Positions 42,561 through 57,100 of a stretch of DNA of 64,000 nt are shown here, piece after piece. The position numbers and the translations under genes are program-made. The notes under the pieces are model-generated. The model ran no database searches and had not been told where the DNA came from. It worked only from the letters and a program-made list of their open reading frames with translations. Origin of the DNA: the human T2T-CHM13v2.0 reference genome, Homo sapiens; NCBI RefSeq assembly GCF_009914755.1, contig NC_060936.1. One strand, 5' to 3'. Numbering within the stretch: the stretch's first letter is position 1; every line of letters begins with the position of its first letter.

Positions 42561-44339
42561 CATGACACCATTCTTGAAAGTCTAGAAGGAGCAGAGTGGT
42601 CTCGCCTAAGAGGAAAAAGATCGCTTAGATCAGTAGAGAGTGTATTAGCAGCAGTTGATTGCAGGCTGGCCTCAGATACTAGACCTGTTTGACTGCTTTA
42701 TGTGGGAAAGCACTTTATAAAGTGCCTCCTAAAATGCAATGTAACTTCTTCCAACCTTCACTTCAGGTGGTTAACCATGTGTCAAAAGGCCTGGTCTGAC
42801 AATGCTGACAAGCCTTTAGCTTCATACTCACTACCTGTCTGACTTGGCCCAATAAGCCACTCTTCCTGAGCCTTGCCTGAGCCTGCTTTGCCAATCCAGC
42901 TCTCAAATCATCTGAGACTAGGGGAGGGGGGGAAATTGAGAAAATACCACTGTATTTACCTTTGGTGGCCTCCCAGTGTCTCAGAAGTTATCCACACTCT
43001 ACTGGCAACCTCCATCTTTTCACTATACAATCACACTGCCCAGTTGCCTCCCTTTGCTGGGGACCTTCACATGGCTGAGGTTCTAGGAAAATATTTAAGG
43101 GCTTTGGAGTGAGATTTAAATTCTGCCTAGGGCCTCAACCTCAAGTAGAACAAGTTCCCTTTTATGCAGTTAACAGGCAGACATTGATTATAGAGCTGCA
43201 CCCATTCAGTCTAACTCCAGAGAACGCGTTACAAAAAATCTCCATTTGCAGGATCCTGCAATGCAAAGGTGTGTAAGACATTCCCCTTCAGCTCACTCGC
43301 CACGAAGCTGGATTTGGTAAACATAGATACTGCCTCAGGTTCAATCTATCTTTCCCTTGAATCTGCATCATTTCATTTATTTAAATGACCTCTCAGATTC
43401 CTTTATTTTGATACTTTGTCCATGTGAATAGGCACGGACCCTTAAACAAGTATCTTTTTTGCTATTTCTTCTATTGAATATTTCACATGTAATGACTCCT
43501 TTTTAAATCCTGTACTTTCTGTTTATCAGGACACATTGACTTTGGACTAAAGTTTCAAGAGCCTTTACCGATTTTATGATTTTATTTGATTGTCCGGGGA
43601 AGTACTTTAGAGTAGAAAAAATAGGGTCTTTAAAGGCAAATAGAAAGAATAAAAGAGAGGGAAAAATGGAGGAAGGGGGTGGCTGAAAACCTAGCTGTCC
43701 CATCCAACCTTACCTTTATACAATGGCATGCATAAGGCACCAATCCCCCACTCCCCACCACATATATATACACACACATGTACACATACAACACACACCT
43801 CCCAGCTCCCTATGGGCTCTAATGGCTCTTCAGAACTTTCAGCGATGCAAGTTAAGGGAACTGACTCTAGCTACTAACAGAGCCCAGGAACAAGACACCT
43901 TTTAGATATTTTGCTTTTTTAAGCAGATTAACATTAAGGTGGCCCCAAGTGATAAAATCTGCAATGTGACTCTTGACTTTCCTCTTCTTCAATAATGGGT
44001 TGAAAATAGGGGTTTCTAACCCAACATGTACTCTTTCCAAATTGTCTAATTAGTGGCAAACACTGCAGCCATTTCTCCAGGTCTCCAAACTCAAAATGAG
44101 TACATGAGGGTACAGTTTCTTTTTGAGCTCACAGGGTAGGCATCTGGCCATCTCATCTGGCTCCAATAATCAATTTTTCTTGGTTACTGACAAATTTTTC
44201 TCAATCAAAATTATTCTTGTTGGGTGAGCTCTGCTACTTGCAAACTTAGGGAAATTAATAAAATATATCTAACAAATGATTTGGCAGTGGCAGCTGACAG
44301 TCACTTAGAGGTCTCTGAGAATGTTCTGTGATTGTTCCC

Positions 44340-44902
44340 TGTGGTAGACACACCCTGAGGTGACCCTCAATGATTCACATTCTTGTCTTATTCCCTCCCC
44401 TTGAGTGTGGGCAGAACCTGTGACTTACAGCCAATAGAATAAGGCAAAGGTGATGGGTCGCTCCCATGATTTTATTAGACTATGTAAGATTCCATTTTAG
44501 CAGACTTAAACAAGAGATTCTCCTGCTGGCTTTGAAGAAGTAAGCTTCACTTTTATGAAAAGCCCATGAAAGAGCCTCCTGGCAAGGAACTAAGGCGGCC
44601 TATAGATTCTGAGGGTGGTATCCTACTGATGGCCATCAGGAAAACAGGGACTTCCATCCTACAGCTGCAAGAAACAGAATTCTGCCAAAAACTACCTGGG
44701 TCTGAAAACGAACCCTGAACTCCAGAGAGAAAAAAAGGTTAGTAGACACCTCTATTGCAGCCTCCAGAGACCCATGAATAAAAGACCTATCCAAGCTGTG
44801 TCCATATCACTGGCCCAATGAAACTGCAAGATAATAAATGTCTATTGCTTTAAGCATCTAAATTTGTGGTAACTTGTTACACAGCAATATAAAACAAATA
44901 CA
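44340..44902 (+). mobile_element. MLT1 (F/G-type) MaLR solo LTR
   Basis: tgtggtagac...ccctccccttgagtgtgggcagaacctgtgactt...ctgctggctttgaagaag...tttgtggtaacttgttacacagcaata...aataca. Confidence 0.85.
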
Positions 44903-45849
44903 TTTTTCATGCAGTGAGAAGAGTCCAGGAGGAGAAAAGACTGGCCATATTCAGCCTGCCCCTGTGACTTCTAAGGCTATGCTGCTGCTGGTGGTGTTTG
45001 TCATTTTTCTCACTAAGGTAAAAAAGTGAATTAAGATGAAAGAAATGCAAGAGAAATGCTTATAAATACTAAGAACAGCAGCATCTTGCCTAGGTCATGC
45101 CTACGCCTACACGCACATAAGCAACACACATCCTGTACTTTCTAGAATGCTTTGCACTGTTTAATGATGCTGGGCGGTCATTTGCTGACTACCCTCCAGG
45201 CATGTTTTTACCAATTAGATTAGGAAAGATGGTGACTGCCACAGCAGCTCGAGGGCTGTGTCAGAAACTCTCAGGATGTAAGTTGTTTTACCAACACCAT
45301 TGGGGCAGGAGACAGACAGGGATTAGTGAAGGGGTGGGTTTCATTGCCTCCTTCTAAAAGTAGCTTTATCTCTCACCTCAGACCTTCTAGTTCTGGCTCT
45401 ACCACTAAGTTCTAATAGAGCTCCCCAAATTAAACTCTAATAGAGAAATCCTTTCAGATTATGGCTCCCTAAAGGGATCTAAGTCTGGGGTCTCTCATCA
45501 TACATTCATTTAATCAGCATTTAATGAGCTTCTACTCTGCGCTAGCACTGCTGATACAGCAATGGATACAACTTATAAAATCCCAAAACACATAAAGCCT
45601 AGAGGCTAATGGGGGACACAGAGAAGGCAATGGTCAATTTAAATACATTACAGGGAAAGTGAAAATGCTCTATGAGCACAAAAGAGGGACACCTCACTCA
45701 TCAAAGAGGTTCTAGGAAGAAACCCCAAACACCACCAGTAACGATGAAAAGGAATTGACATAGCAGAGTTCTTCAAACAGAAAGAACATGTGCCAATGCC
45801 CAGAGGTGAGTTTCAGGAGCAGCAGAACTGAAGCATAGGGTTTATGGGT

Positions 45850-46070
45850 GAGTAATAATAATTATAAGGGACAGCATTTATCCAGCATGTACTGTGTCAG
45901 TGCAGTATTAAGTGGGTGGTATGCATTATCTCATTTGATCCTCACTTCATCCCACTGATGAGGCAACTGGGGCACAGAGAAGTTAAATTCTCTGCTCATA
46001 GTCACAACACTGGTTAAGTGGGAAGCCAGGAATTAATGCCTAGCCAACTGACTCCTAAGCCCACACTATA
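45850..46070 (-). mobile_element. MIR
   Basis: atgcattatctcatttgatcctcac...gatgaggcaactggggcacagagaagttaa. Confidence 0.75.
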
Positions 46071-47141
46071 ATGGCCCACTCTAAACTAAAAAAAATACAC
46101 CAAATGGTGAGATCAGCCATCTACCCTTCACTAATAGAAACACCAACTCATCCTATGGGTAGAAATCCACCAAGGTTCTACAACTCCCTGATCTCAGACA
46201 CTCCGTCCAGCCCTCGAGTTCTCTTGCCAAAAACAGAGAGGAGCAATTAGGTCTCCTCCAGTTACTGGGTCCCAGGTTAGCATGCCAGGTTTCTAGATTA
46301 AGGTTCTGCCCTTCTAGGCTTCCTGGAAACTACAATCTTGTCTCTGAGTTCAGTCTTCTTGCCTAGATTCCTCCTATCAGACATCAGACACCATGTTCTG
46401 CCTCCTTTTTTGAACTTCGTTATATTTTGGCCCCATGGGCATCCTCAAATTGTTTTTGGGTCTCTGTGCTTCTGTCTGGTTTCTAGGGTCTAGTCATCTT
46501 CAGTTTAGCCCGAATACAAGAGATTTCTGAGTGAGTATCTTTGTCACATAGAGGTGGCTGTGATGTTTCCTAGGCATAGTATTGTGCCCAACTGTTCCAG
46601 TTTCAAAACCCCCCTTTTGATCTCAATTTCTCTGAAGCCATGGTGCATCCCAGTCCTCCTTCCATGTTAGCTCCTAGGGTTAGTACTCAAATCCTGTTAC
46701 TTTGTTTTTCAAACTATTTTGGAAAGAGGTAGAATATAATTTTCCTCCTCTTTAGATTATTCAAAAATATCTTGCCCTCTTCTACAACAAGAACAAATTA
46801 ATTAAAGTGATTTTTTTCTAAGTAAATCAAAAATTTCTTGAGAATAAATCTATAATCATCATAGAGCTACCAGAATAAATAGCTCAATGTGTAGCCAAAT
46901 TTTAAAACAAAAGTTTACACCATTATACAGTTTTACATATTTAAATTAAAATAATTTGTATATACATACACATTAATTGTACATTCATATTTATATATTA
47001 GAGTGTAGTAGTATTTTCCAATCCAACCGATTTTTAAGCTGTGTCTAAAATATACCTTTCTCTCTTTTGGTTTCAGTTAATTTCTCCAATGTCTTAGAGT
47101 TTAAGAGCTCTTCTATTTAGCAGGCCATGAATATCTCCTAG

Positions 47142-47441
<300 letters not shown>

Positions 47442-48309
47442 TGAAAGAGTCATTTTAAAAGAATAAATTAACTGCTGAGTAAATGACTCCCACAATTTTC
47501 TATATTTTTGGATATATTGCTATCTTTTGTTCTAACTGTGCTTGAAATTTTTAAACGTAGCTATATGTTCTATAAACACTTTATTTATTATAAATACGTT
47601 TTGTACAAGTTATGAAGGCCAATTTACAAAGGTAAATGTTACTTAATAATTCATATATCTGCCCACCAAATCAACTTTTTCCATTCCTGAAAGGGTTATT
47701 ATTTGACAGTTCTGACCAGCAAGTCTTTATTCCTTTTCTGTTGTAAATTGCTTGAACATGACTTCAACTCCTAAGTATCAATTTCCTGCTGGACTCCTTG
47801 CTATCTAATATCTCAAACTACTTTCTTTAAGGCCACCAGTGACCTTCCCTGCAATTTAAAGTGCAATTTTCTTTGTTCTATATTTTGAGACTTTCTGCAC
47901 CCTTTCATATGATGGGACATCACATTCTCAATTACATTCTTTCTAGTTTTAGTAGCATCAGTTATACCCTGGTACAAGTTTTGTACAAACACACTCACAT
48001 ACACAGTTTCTATGATGAGTCTGTATCTCTTCATATCCTTCAACTATCTGTGTGTTACAAATGACCATTAGGATACAATATTTTTTATTATTCTGTGCAT
48101 AACTCAAAATGCACAATCTGTTCTCTTACTTAAATACTTATATAATTAGTTATAGGGTTACACACATATTAGTGGGAAGGAGGCTGCAGATATGGGCATG
48201 CATTTTATTTATGCTCTAAGAAAGTCCACTCAAATTTTATTTCTATGATTAACATTCAGTAGCATCTCAGTACTTTGTTGTTCCCAGGTGTAAATACACT
48301 TTTTGCAAT

Positions 48310-48900
48310 CTTCTGTTTACTCACACCATTTATTCACTTGACCATATATATCTAGCTGATTTCCTTACTCCAGACACTGGAGGTTCAGTGCTGATTCAGA
48401 GTAGACTCTGGCCATTACTTTCATAAAGATTACAGTCTCGTGGGAAGACTGGCATTAACAATTTAATCAACCAAGAAAGCCTACAATGGAAACTTTTGAA
48501 AGTGTTAAATACTGTGTTAAGAACCTGTAATAGGGATATCTGGCCTCATCAGGAAGGTCAAGGAGGAATTCCTTAAGGCTGTGCTTCTTTAACTGAGAAT
48601 TGAATAATAAATTTGAAGTAAACATGTGGAAAAGGTTCAGAGGAACCTGCTAGCCAGACAGAATGGCATAAACTAAGGCTCAGTGGTGGAACTGAAGAAG
48701 AAATTGTAAGAGAGATGAAAAGAAAGTAAATGTTGCTGGAACACACAGACCATCATGCTGGGCCTTATGAAGCATACTAGTTTTGTTATTATCCTGTACG
48801 TAATGGAAGGCCACTGAAGAGTTTTAGGTCACAAGGGAATGGAAGGAAGATTATGGGGAAGAGGGGAAAGGAGTGTCATGTTCAGATTTGTATTTCCTGC
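48310..48900 (-). mobile_element. L2 fragment
   Basis: ggaaggtcaaggaggaattcctt..., taatggaaggccactgaagagtttta, ttcagatttgtattt. Confidence 0.6.
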
Positions 48901-49168
48901 ATAGAGGTTTCAGAGGATTTTCTACCCTCAGCACCATCTTTTCCTTCCTGATCTGAAGTTTTAATAGTCTAGATGTAGTTATCCTCCTTATTCAAAGGCT
49001 CTTTGATTCTGAGTCTCCTTTGTTTGTTCTTCCTCCTCTTCACCACTTTTAAATAGAGGAATTTCCTAAGGCTTCTTGATAACCAATACCTACATGTCTT
49101 ATTTGCTCTTTAGTGGACATCTCAAGCATAGCATGTCTAAAGTACACAAAGAAAGAACCTAGTTTCTC

Positions 49169-49220
49169 TTCCTTCCTTCCTTCCTTCCTTCCTTCCTTCC
49201 TTCCTTCCTTCCTTCCTTCC
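49169..49220 (+). repeat. (TTCC)13 microsatellite
   Basis: Pure run of 52 bp. Confidence 0.96.
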
Positions 49221-51288
49221 TTCTCTCAGGCAGCCAGACATTCATTCAGCAAACTTCTGCAGAGCACTTTGCTAGGCCATAGGTATTCAGAAAAGAATTA
49301 GGGAGAATCTTTGACCTCAAGAGAGTAAAATACCCTCTATGATTTGTGACTACAACCCTGTCTGTGGATTTTTTTTTGTTCTTTCCCCCAAATATTTACC
49401 TTTCTATATCTCCACCTCCCTAATGCCCCTCAGTTTATCCTATTTTCTACCCTCAGAACCATGTTCTCTTTCTCATGCCAAAGTTATCACTTGCACGCTC
49501 TTATGCAAGAATGCTCTGAGAGTTAATATTAAAGATACAGGCAAGTGAGAAGCGGTTCCCTTCCAAGTAGATAGGCAATTGTCTTGCCTCTTCTGTCATG
49601 CCTTTTCTGTCCTATTGCCTGTTGTGCTCTGCTATGACACACATTTTCTTGATACACCACCACCACCATCCTTATGTAACTTCGCCACCTATCAGAATGC
49701 CTATAACATTGTAGATGGGAGCGGTCATACATAAAGCCTAATTCTCTTTGGATACCATCTAAATATATCGGAATCTCACCATGATGAAATAAGTGAATAA
49801 ACTTAGAATAAATTTCTGGGAGACAGCCTAAGAGACAGCTGTGAAACTAGCTAGTGTTATGCTCTGTTCCCATGCTGAGCACCTCTTTCCATCTTCCCCC
49901 ATTATTTATTTGTGTTCACTGTAAATCACATGCCACTTGAGAAAATTTTACACCAAGAAAAGAATGACACAATGCTTATTGTTTTCTTTTAAAATAATTA
50001 TTTAATATATAACTTTTATATAATGTTGTTCAGATAATTTAAAAAATAAGTGCAATGAACTGAGTTATTCTATAAGAAGGGGAGTTCCTTTCCCTGGATT
50101 TTCCCACTGACCCCAGCCCAATAGTAAAGCATTTTGTCATTCAGCATCATACACTTCCTATCCCTAGTTCATGTTTGCTCAAGTTCATAAATAGTGAATA
50201 AATACTGACTTCAGAAACTCTTTCCCAAACTCTGGTATTCCTCTCAATTATGTCATGTGTGACCCACCTTTCTATTCTTGAGTAATTAATCACCCCATCC
50301 AACATTATCCATTATTTAAAATAACTTAATAGATTGATATACCTAGTAAAGTTAGCGGAAATTAATGAAGTAGAATGTGTTGACCATTCCTGTTCCTTTG
50401 ATGTGTCAGACTGCTTTAAATGGTGCCAAATAATCCTGCTTCTTACCTCTTTTAGGAAGCATTCCTCATTTTCTCAAAACCACAGTGATCCATCTCATCA
50501 CAGCCCTTCTAGAGTATTTAAAATTTGAATAACCTAATTTAAACATCCAGCCAAGGATTAAAGTTATGCAGTTATGACAGTTGTCCTTACTGGTTATTTA
50601 CAATTAGAATCTGTTCTGATACCTTGGTGCAAATTTTTAGCTCTCCCTCACTCCTGCCTTTGCTTATGATAAGCAACTTGACCTTAACTGAACACACTGT
50701 GCTTTCTCTTCTCATTTTGACTTTGTTCTTAATGAGGTCCCTCTATCTGAAATATCCTTTGCCCACCTGTACCTGAAAAAGTCTCTAATTTTCCAAAACT
50801 CAGCTAAGTGACAGCTTATTTTTAAAGATTTTCCAGATTTTTACACATAGAATAAATCACTCCTTGTGGGTGTCCCCTGAGCACTCTGTGCATATCTCTA
50901 ATGTAAAACTTATCACAATGGATTGTAATTATTTATTTCCAACTTTGTGTTGGTCACTAGACCATGAACCCCTGGAGAGCAGTGGTGGTGCTCTGTTCAC
51001 TGCTGGCATGCCATAAGTGCTCAGTAGTTGAGTGGCTGAGCTTTAAATAATTTGTAGAATGAGTCAGAGCACTTAAAAGTGAAGGGAAAATACCTTAGTG
51101 GAATGAATAGATTTTTAGAAAATGTTTTACACATTCATTAATGCCTTGATTCTACAAGATTATAAACAGTGGGGAAGAATAACCTAATTTAAACATTACA
51201 TTTTTTATCCTTTTCTATTTGTATCTCTCTTGAGGTAGTATTAAGTACATGTTAGATGCTTCATTAAAACAAAACAAACAAGCAACCT

Positions 51289-51300
51289 ACACACACACAC

Positions 51301-51339
<39 letters not shown>
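51289..51339 (+). repeat. (AC)7 T (GA)18 compound microsatellite
   Basis: Direct read. Confidence 0.96.
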
Positions 51340-51344
<5 letters not shown>

Positions 51345-51989
51345 AAAATAAAAACATACTTTGCCTCTAATGACTATGTTAAGAATACAGAACGTCATGA
51401 GTAAAGAAGAACTGAAAAACTTTAACTCAATTCTATCACCACTTCATCACCAATATGAGACAATGGACTGTTGAAAAGCAGAGACTGTTGGTCTCTACAT
51501 ATATCAGACAAATAAAACTTTCATAACTCCAGGTTTGAAACTCTCATTGACTTATGAAAAATCATAGAATAAAAAGTAGCAAAGTAAAACAGAGTAAAAG
51601 ATAAAAGGTAAAGCTATAAGACTTTCTATTTTATTACGTACTTAGATTTGTATGTATATGATATCCCATATTATATCATTTTAGATTTGAGAAAAGTTCC
51701 TAAAAGTTATTTAATTCATTTTTTATCTTACAATAGTTAAAATTAAAACATCAGAAGTTTTATATGCAGTAAATGATTAACCCGTGTTTACCAACAAAAT
51801 CTACAATCAGCATCTAGTTTCAAAAGTAATTAGTATGATTGGTTCCCAAAATTGTGTTTGTACTATACCAGAGTTTTCATGTTAGTGAATAGCAATTTTT
51901 AATGAAACTCCTGAATGAATTAAAAGACACAGACACATAATACTAAGCAAGTCAGTAACAATGAAAACAATGAAAATACTAAAGAGAGG

Positions 51990-52182
51990 CAATAGTAATT
52001 GAACATTTACTATATGCAAGGCACTGTTCTCCATGCTTATAAGATTAGTTCATGAAATTTTCACAACAAACTTACGAGGTAGGTACTTTTATTTCCCGTT
52101 TTTTTTTTTTTTTTTTATTATGAAGGCATGAAGACTGAAAAGGGTGGAACAACAAATTGTATTCCGGTAGTCTGGTCCCAGA
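51990..52182 (-). mobile_element. MIR fragment
   Basis: ttgaacatttactatatgcaaggcactgttct...tcacaacaaacttacgaggtaggtact...ggtagtctggtcccaga. Confidence 0.7.
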
Positions 52183-52210
52183 CTTTTAAAAATATTAAAA
52201 GTCAACATTT

Positions 52211-52361
52211 AAAACCCAAATGTAACATAAAAATCTATTTTAGATTAAAACATACCTGAGAACTTAGAGACACACAGAAGCACAAGAAATGCAAATGAAT
52301 GTATCCTTTAACTTATGTTTCCTATTTCCCATAAAGTTTTTGGTTTTAATTAGACACACCT
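52211..52361 (+). repeat. 151-bp direct duplication, copy 1
   Basis: Matches 53962-54112 with 5 substitutions and no gaps. Confidence 0.96.
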
Positions 52362-53961
52362 GGTCCCAGACTACCTGAATACAATTTGCACGCACTTATT
52401 GCATATTCTTACATGCAACAAGTGCACGCAAACAAAAAAGAAAGTGTCTTTAAAAGCATCTGCTCTTTTCTTGCTCTGCTGAGAAAAAGTGTTTTCTAGC
52501 ATGATCATAGCCTCTTCTGTACTTCAAATGGAGAAAAGTTGCTGGAACTTAACTTTACACCTTGCCTCTCATCACAGCAAATTGTGTCATTTTCTTCCCC
52601 ATATTATTGGTTTCACTCAGCTCCATATTTTATCTGACTGACTGCAGCACAAATATGTATACTCAGTTTTAGGCAAAATGCATTTTCCACATTGACCCAA
52701 ATGTTAGGAGATACCCTTGAGAGTTTTATGGTGTGCCATGGCACACAGGTAGAGAGCCACTTACTTGTGAAAATTTACCTAGACAACCTTTATGATATGC
52801 TCAGTTCCATGCCACTGAGACCAGTATCAAACACTGAACAACAAATTCTCTGCTTTTAGCAGAATTTAGCATTAAAAAGTACTGTTGTCCATTTATATTT
52901 TCTCATCAAAAACACTATTAAAATTAATTCATGGATATAAGTTGTTAAAAATAGCTAAACCCAAGGCCCAGTACCTTTAGTGCTATTAAACATCTACTGC
53001 TTAATAGCTCTAGATTATTTTTTCATTTTATGCAGTTCGAATGTGAACAAGCTTCTCTGTCTCTAACTCTGAAAGAAGTGGAAAAGTCTTCATAATTTAT
53101 TAACCCCTGAAAAGGGCACATTCGTTTGTCATAGCTTCAGAGGCAGAGAGAGAAAGCAGATAAAAAATCACATTCGTACTTTCAATTATTGAATTCTAAT
53201 TTTACTGTCTTATTCTGCATACTTCAAATGGGCATTACTAAAGGGACTAAGTTCAGGGCTATTGTTTTATTATTATGCAATAGGACCACAGTAAAATATT
53301 TTGAGCCAAATCAAGTGTGTTCAGTTAACTTTTGTTGTACAATTTATATGTATGTCACTAGACAGATTCTTCAGTGGCTAATTAAATGATACTATCTAAA
53401 AACAATTTATCTTCAACTGATAGGTTCTACGTATGGATTGGTTTTCTCTGAGGAGGTTGTATTTTAGGCTTTTTATTTCTTTTAAATCACTGAGTATCTG
53501 TAAATAAGTTGAATAGCGAATAAATATCACTTTTTAGTGCCATTGTCCTAGGAACTAGCATTAGTAGCTACCAAGACAGTGAAAAAATTGGCCTTAAAAA
53601 GTAAATTGTCTCTAGTTTGCTTGTTCAAACACAAACTACTATCATTTGGGAGATATTAAGTTTTTAATTAAAATAAAAAAATTCTTCATTTTTTATTATT
53701 TTACTTATACTATAAAGAACCTTGTCCAAAGTCAAACAACTGTAAACTCGGCATACTATTACCAGCAAATAATTGATTGTAAAATAGACAATAAAAATAA
53801 AGCTAGCTTGCTTGAACATACATTATAAATACAAGATAACTTTGTCCAAAAATGATTGATACTGTTTTGATATCTACCACAAGCTATTTTATTCTTATAA
53901 TATTTCAGTGACCACATTCAGAATCAAGTATGAGTTATAAAATAATTGATAGACTTTTCAC

Positions 53962-54112
53962 AAAACCCAAATATAATGTAAAAATCTATTTTAGATTAAA
54001 ACATACCTGAGAACTTAGAGACACACAGAAACACAAGAAATGCAAATGAATGTATCCTTTAACTTATGTTTCCTATTTCCCATAAAGTTTTTGGTTTTAA
54101 TTAGCCACACCT
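53962..54112 (+). repeat. 151-bp direct duplication, copy 2
   Basis: Matches 52211-52361. Confidence 0.96.
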
Positions 54113-57100
54113 TAAAATACATTCTACTTTTATAGTAAATTAAAGATGAGAGCTTTTCAGGTAGAAAAAAAATAATATGTGCAACAACAAGAATTTTTTT
54201 ACATTGTTCAGTTATAAATGCCAAGTACCTAGAAGAGTGCCTGGCACGAAGTAGATACTCAAGAGAAGTGACTGATTAGATAACCGGCTGTATTAAGGGA
54301 GGGAGGGAGAGAGAAAGAGAAAGAAAGAAAGAAAGAGAAATTGATTGATTTGGGGCACTGAAATTTGTAAACCTGTTTCTGAGTCCTAGCTCCTCCATTT
54401 ACTGACTTACTGACTGGGTGATCTTTGGCAACAAGTTACGAATTATTAGTCTCTGTTTCCTTAGTTGCATAATATCAATTACTTTATCACATATCAATTG
54501 TTAAGAATTAATTGTATATATACACAAGGTTGATAAAAAGATCTTTTAAACTTTAAAATGCATAAAAACATTACATTTATGTACCTAAAATATACACCTA
54601 AATATCCAGACATTCACACAATAAGTCCAAGCTGTCCAAAATGACATCATAGTTACTATATTTTTTGGCTTAAGTAAAAAGTTGGCCTGGAATGCCCAGA
54701 ATTTCCCACTGTCAAGACAAGCATAGAATTCATGATCATTCAAGTGCTTGAACTGAGAAACTAAAAAACCAAGCAGTATTGTGCATTCAATCATTACATG
54801 AAACTAATAAAGGGGCTTACAATAAACTAAATTCTAGGAAAGTGTTAAAATATACAAAAGAGTATTATTTTGCAATAGGTAAAAACATAATTTGAGGAGT
54901 CATTTTCAAAAGAAAAAATATATCACCCCCAGCATATGGAGTATGCAGAGAACTTCAGAAGAGTTAATAAGTATCTTTTCATGGCTATTTTTTTCCATCT
55001 CTTCTTAATACTGGTTACATAAGTCAGACAAAGAACATATGTATTTAAAAGGAGGCAGAGAATAGGGCAGTACAAGTAACATCACACATCATTTATTTAT
55101 GTCACCCTGTACTGGGAAGCCTTCCTAGGGACTTTGTGGCATAGGAAATTGCTATGATATCATTGATGTCCTCTCTTAAATTAAAAATAATAATAAAAAA
55201 CTTTTTGTGAAATGAATGAAGTCCATTAGCTAGGTAGCTCATATCTCGTGTACTTGCGTTGTATAAAGTTGTCCAAAGGAAAAGAAGGAGATAAGCAATT
55301 TAACACTGCAGTCACCATCAATGTAGTGCATTTGTGACTAGCAAGGCTAATACTGAAAGAAGGAATCATACACAGAAAAAAATGCAATTTAAATGTCTAG
55401 ATCATTCATTAGCTGAATAAGATTTTCTTCATTGTTGACAGAATGATATAAATAGATTTTTAAAGAATTAATTATTAGGAGACAAATGCTTTTCCCTTAG
55501 TTAAGTTTAATCACCTGTGAAAATGACACAGTCAGTACCACTGGGTTTTTCAACTTCACTATAGAGTACTTAGGGAAAGAAAAAAAATTCATTTCAAAGC
55601 AGTGACTCATGCTTTCAAGCTCATATTATCCAAAACTTTTAGATTTCACTTTAAATTTTGAAATTCACAGAATATACCAACTTAAATTTTTCTCAGCAAA
55701 AAATTGACTCTAGATGTATATTGGAAGCTTTTTGAGGTTTTGTTGATTACGTATTGTTGTGGCTGAGACATTAAGCTCACTTGTTTAGATTTAATTAATA
55801 CACGTCTGACACTGTCTATAAACTTAGTTTTGTTCAGACCTGAATGGACTAAAGGAGACAATTCGAACAACAGTAATGTCTAGAGCTGCCAAACAGGACT
55901 GGGCTAGCAGAAGACACAGAGTGTGACATAGCTGAAAAACCCCTGCTGTCTTAAAGCTCAACTCGAGAATCTCCAAATCCTGAGTTTTAATTATCAAAAT
56001 TACTAGTTTGCAAAGGCAGAAATATTCTATGTTAAAGGCACAGTAAAAATAAATCTAAAAAGCATAAGCACATCAACACTTGATGAACAAGCCATTATTC
56101 AAAAGTTTTATAACCCTAGGAGGAATGGAGATGCTATTAAAATAAAAGAGCACGTTAAACAAAATAACAATTAATTACACTTTTCTGTGGCTTTATTTCA
56201 TAAATAACTGCATCCAACTTTAAAATAACAACAGTATGCTACTTTATACCATAATAATAGACAACATTTGAGGGGATACAAATGTTTTTGAATTCTTCAT
56301 TTGTTATCATGTGAACATTCTCAGTCAATTGAAAGCTTTTAGTGTAGTGACTTTTCAGGTTCTCTGTCACATTCAATCACCTATCCATAGCAGTTCAACA
56401 GCTCTAAATATATTTGTTTTGCTACAATATAACAAGATCCTCAGGCATAAATGTTACTACTGACAAATGATTAAATAATATAAAGATATATTTTTAGGAT
56501 TTAAATATTTTCTGGCTATGTAAAGACAGTATTTTATTATGCACCAAAAAGCATAACAAAAATGCAATAAATGATTTTAATATCTCTTAATTCCACAAAG
56601 AAACCCTTACATCCATTCTTAAAATTTTTCATTATTATTATTTCCAAATATTTAAATGGTAAATATGAATGTAAAGTCCTACAACTTTATTTCAGAAGCC
56701 AGAGCCTTTGCTCACTTGGTAAACTTTGTTTTCCCTGTATAAATGCAACTTTGGAAAACTGTCCCAAAGAACTGCCATTTAACAATTAGAAACTTTGACT
56801 CATTTTAAGTCTACAGCAACACTACTTGGTTGACCATTTCTACCACTATTCTTTAATACTAATAGAAAAATATAGAGAAATGATGCAGAATGATATACAT
56901 ACACATATACAGTTTTAAAAACACATTCAAAATTGTGGTCTTATAATAGCAGTATTTTCCTTTTTCTAAAGCGAAGCCGGATTTACCTGCCTTTCATTTT
57001 CTGCTGCAAATTAGTTTGTCAGGTACACGTTAGCAAGCTCTTTTTTTAATTCATTTTGCTAACTCCATAGTCCTTTAAATAATGATAAACATTCCTGAAT

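Noticed and set aside
52731-52761. Perfect palindrome gtgtgccatggcacac
   Set aside because: With the adjacent gagagccact it resembles the subterminal sequence of an old hAT/Charlie MER element, so it is probably a repeat relic.
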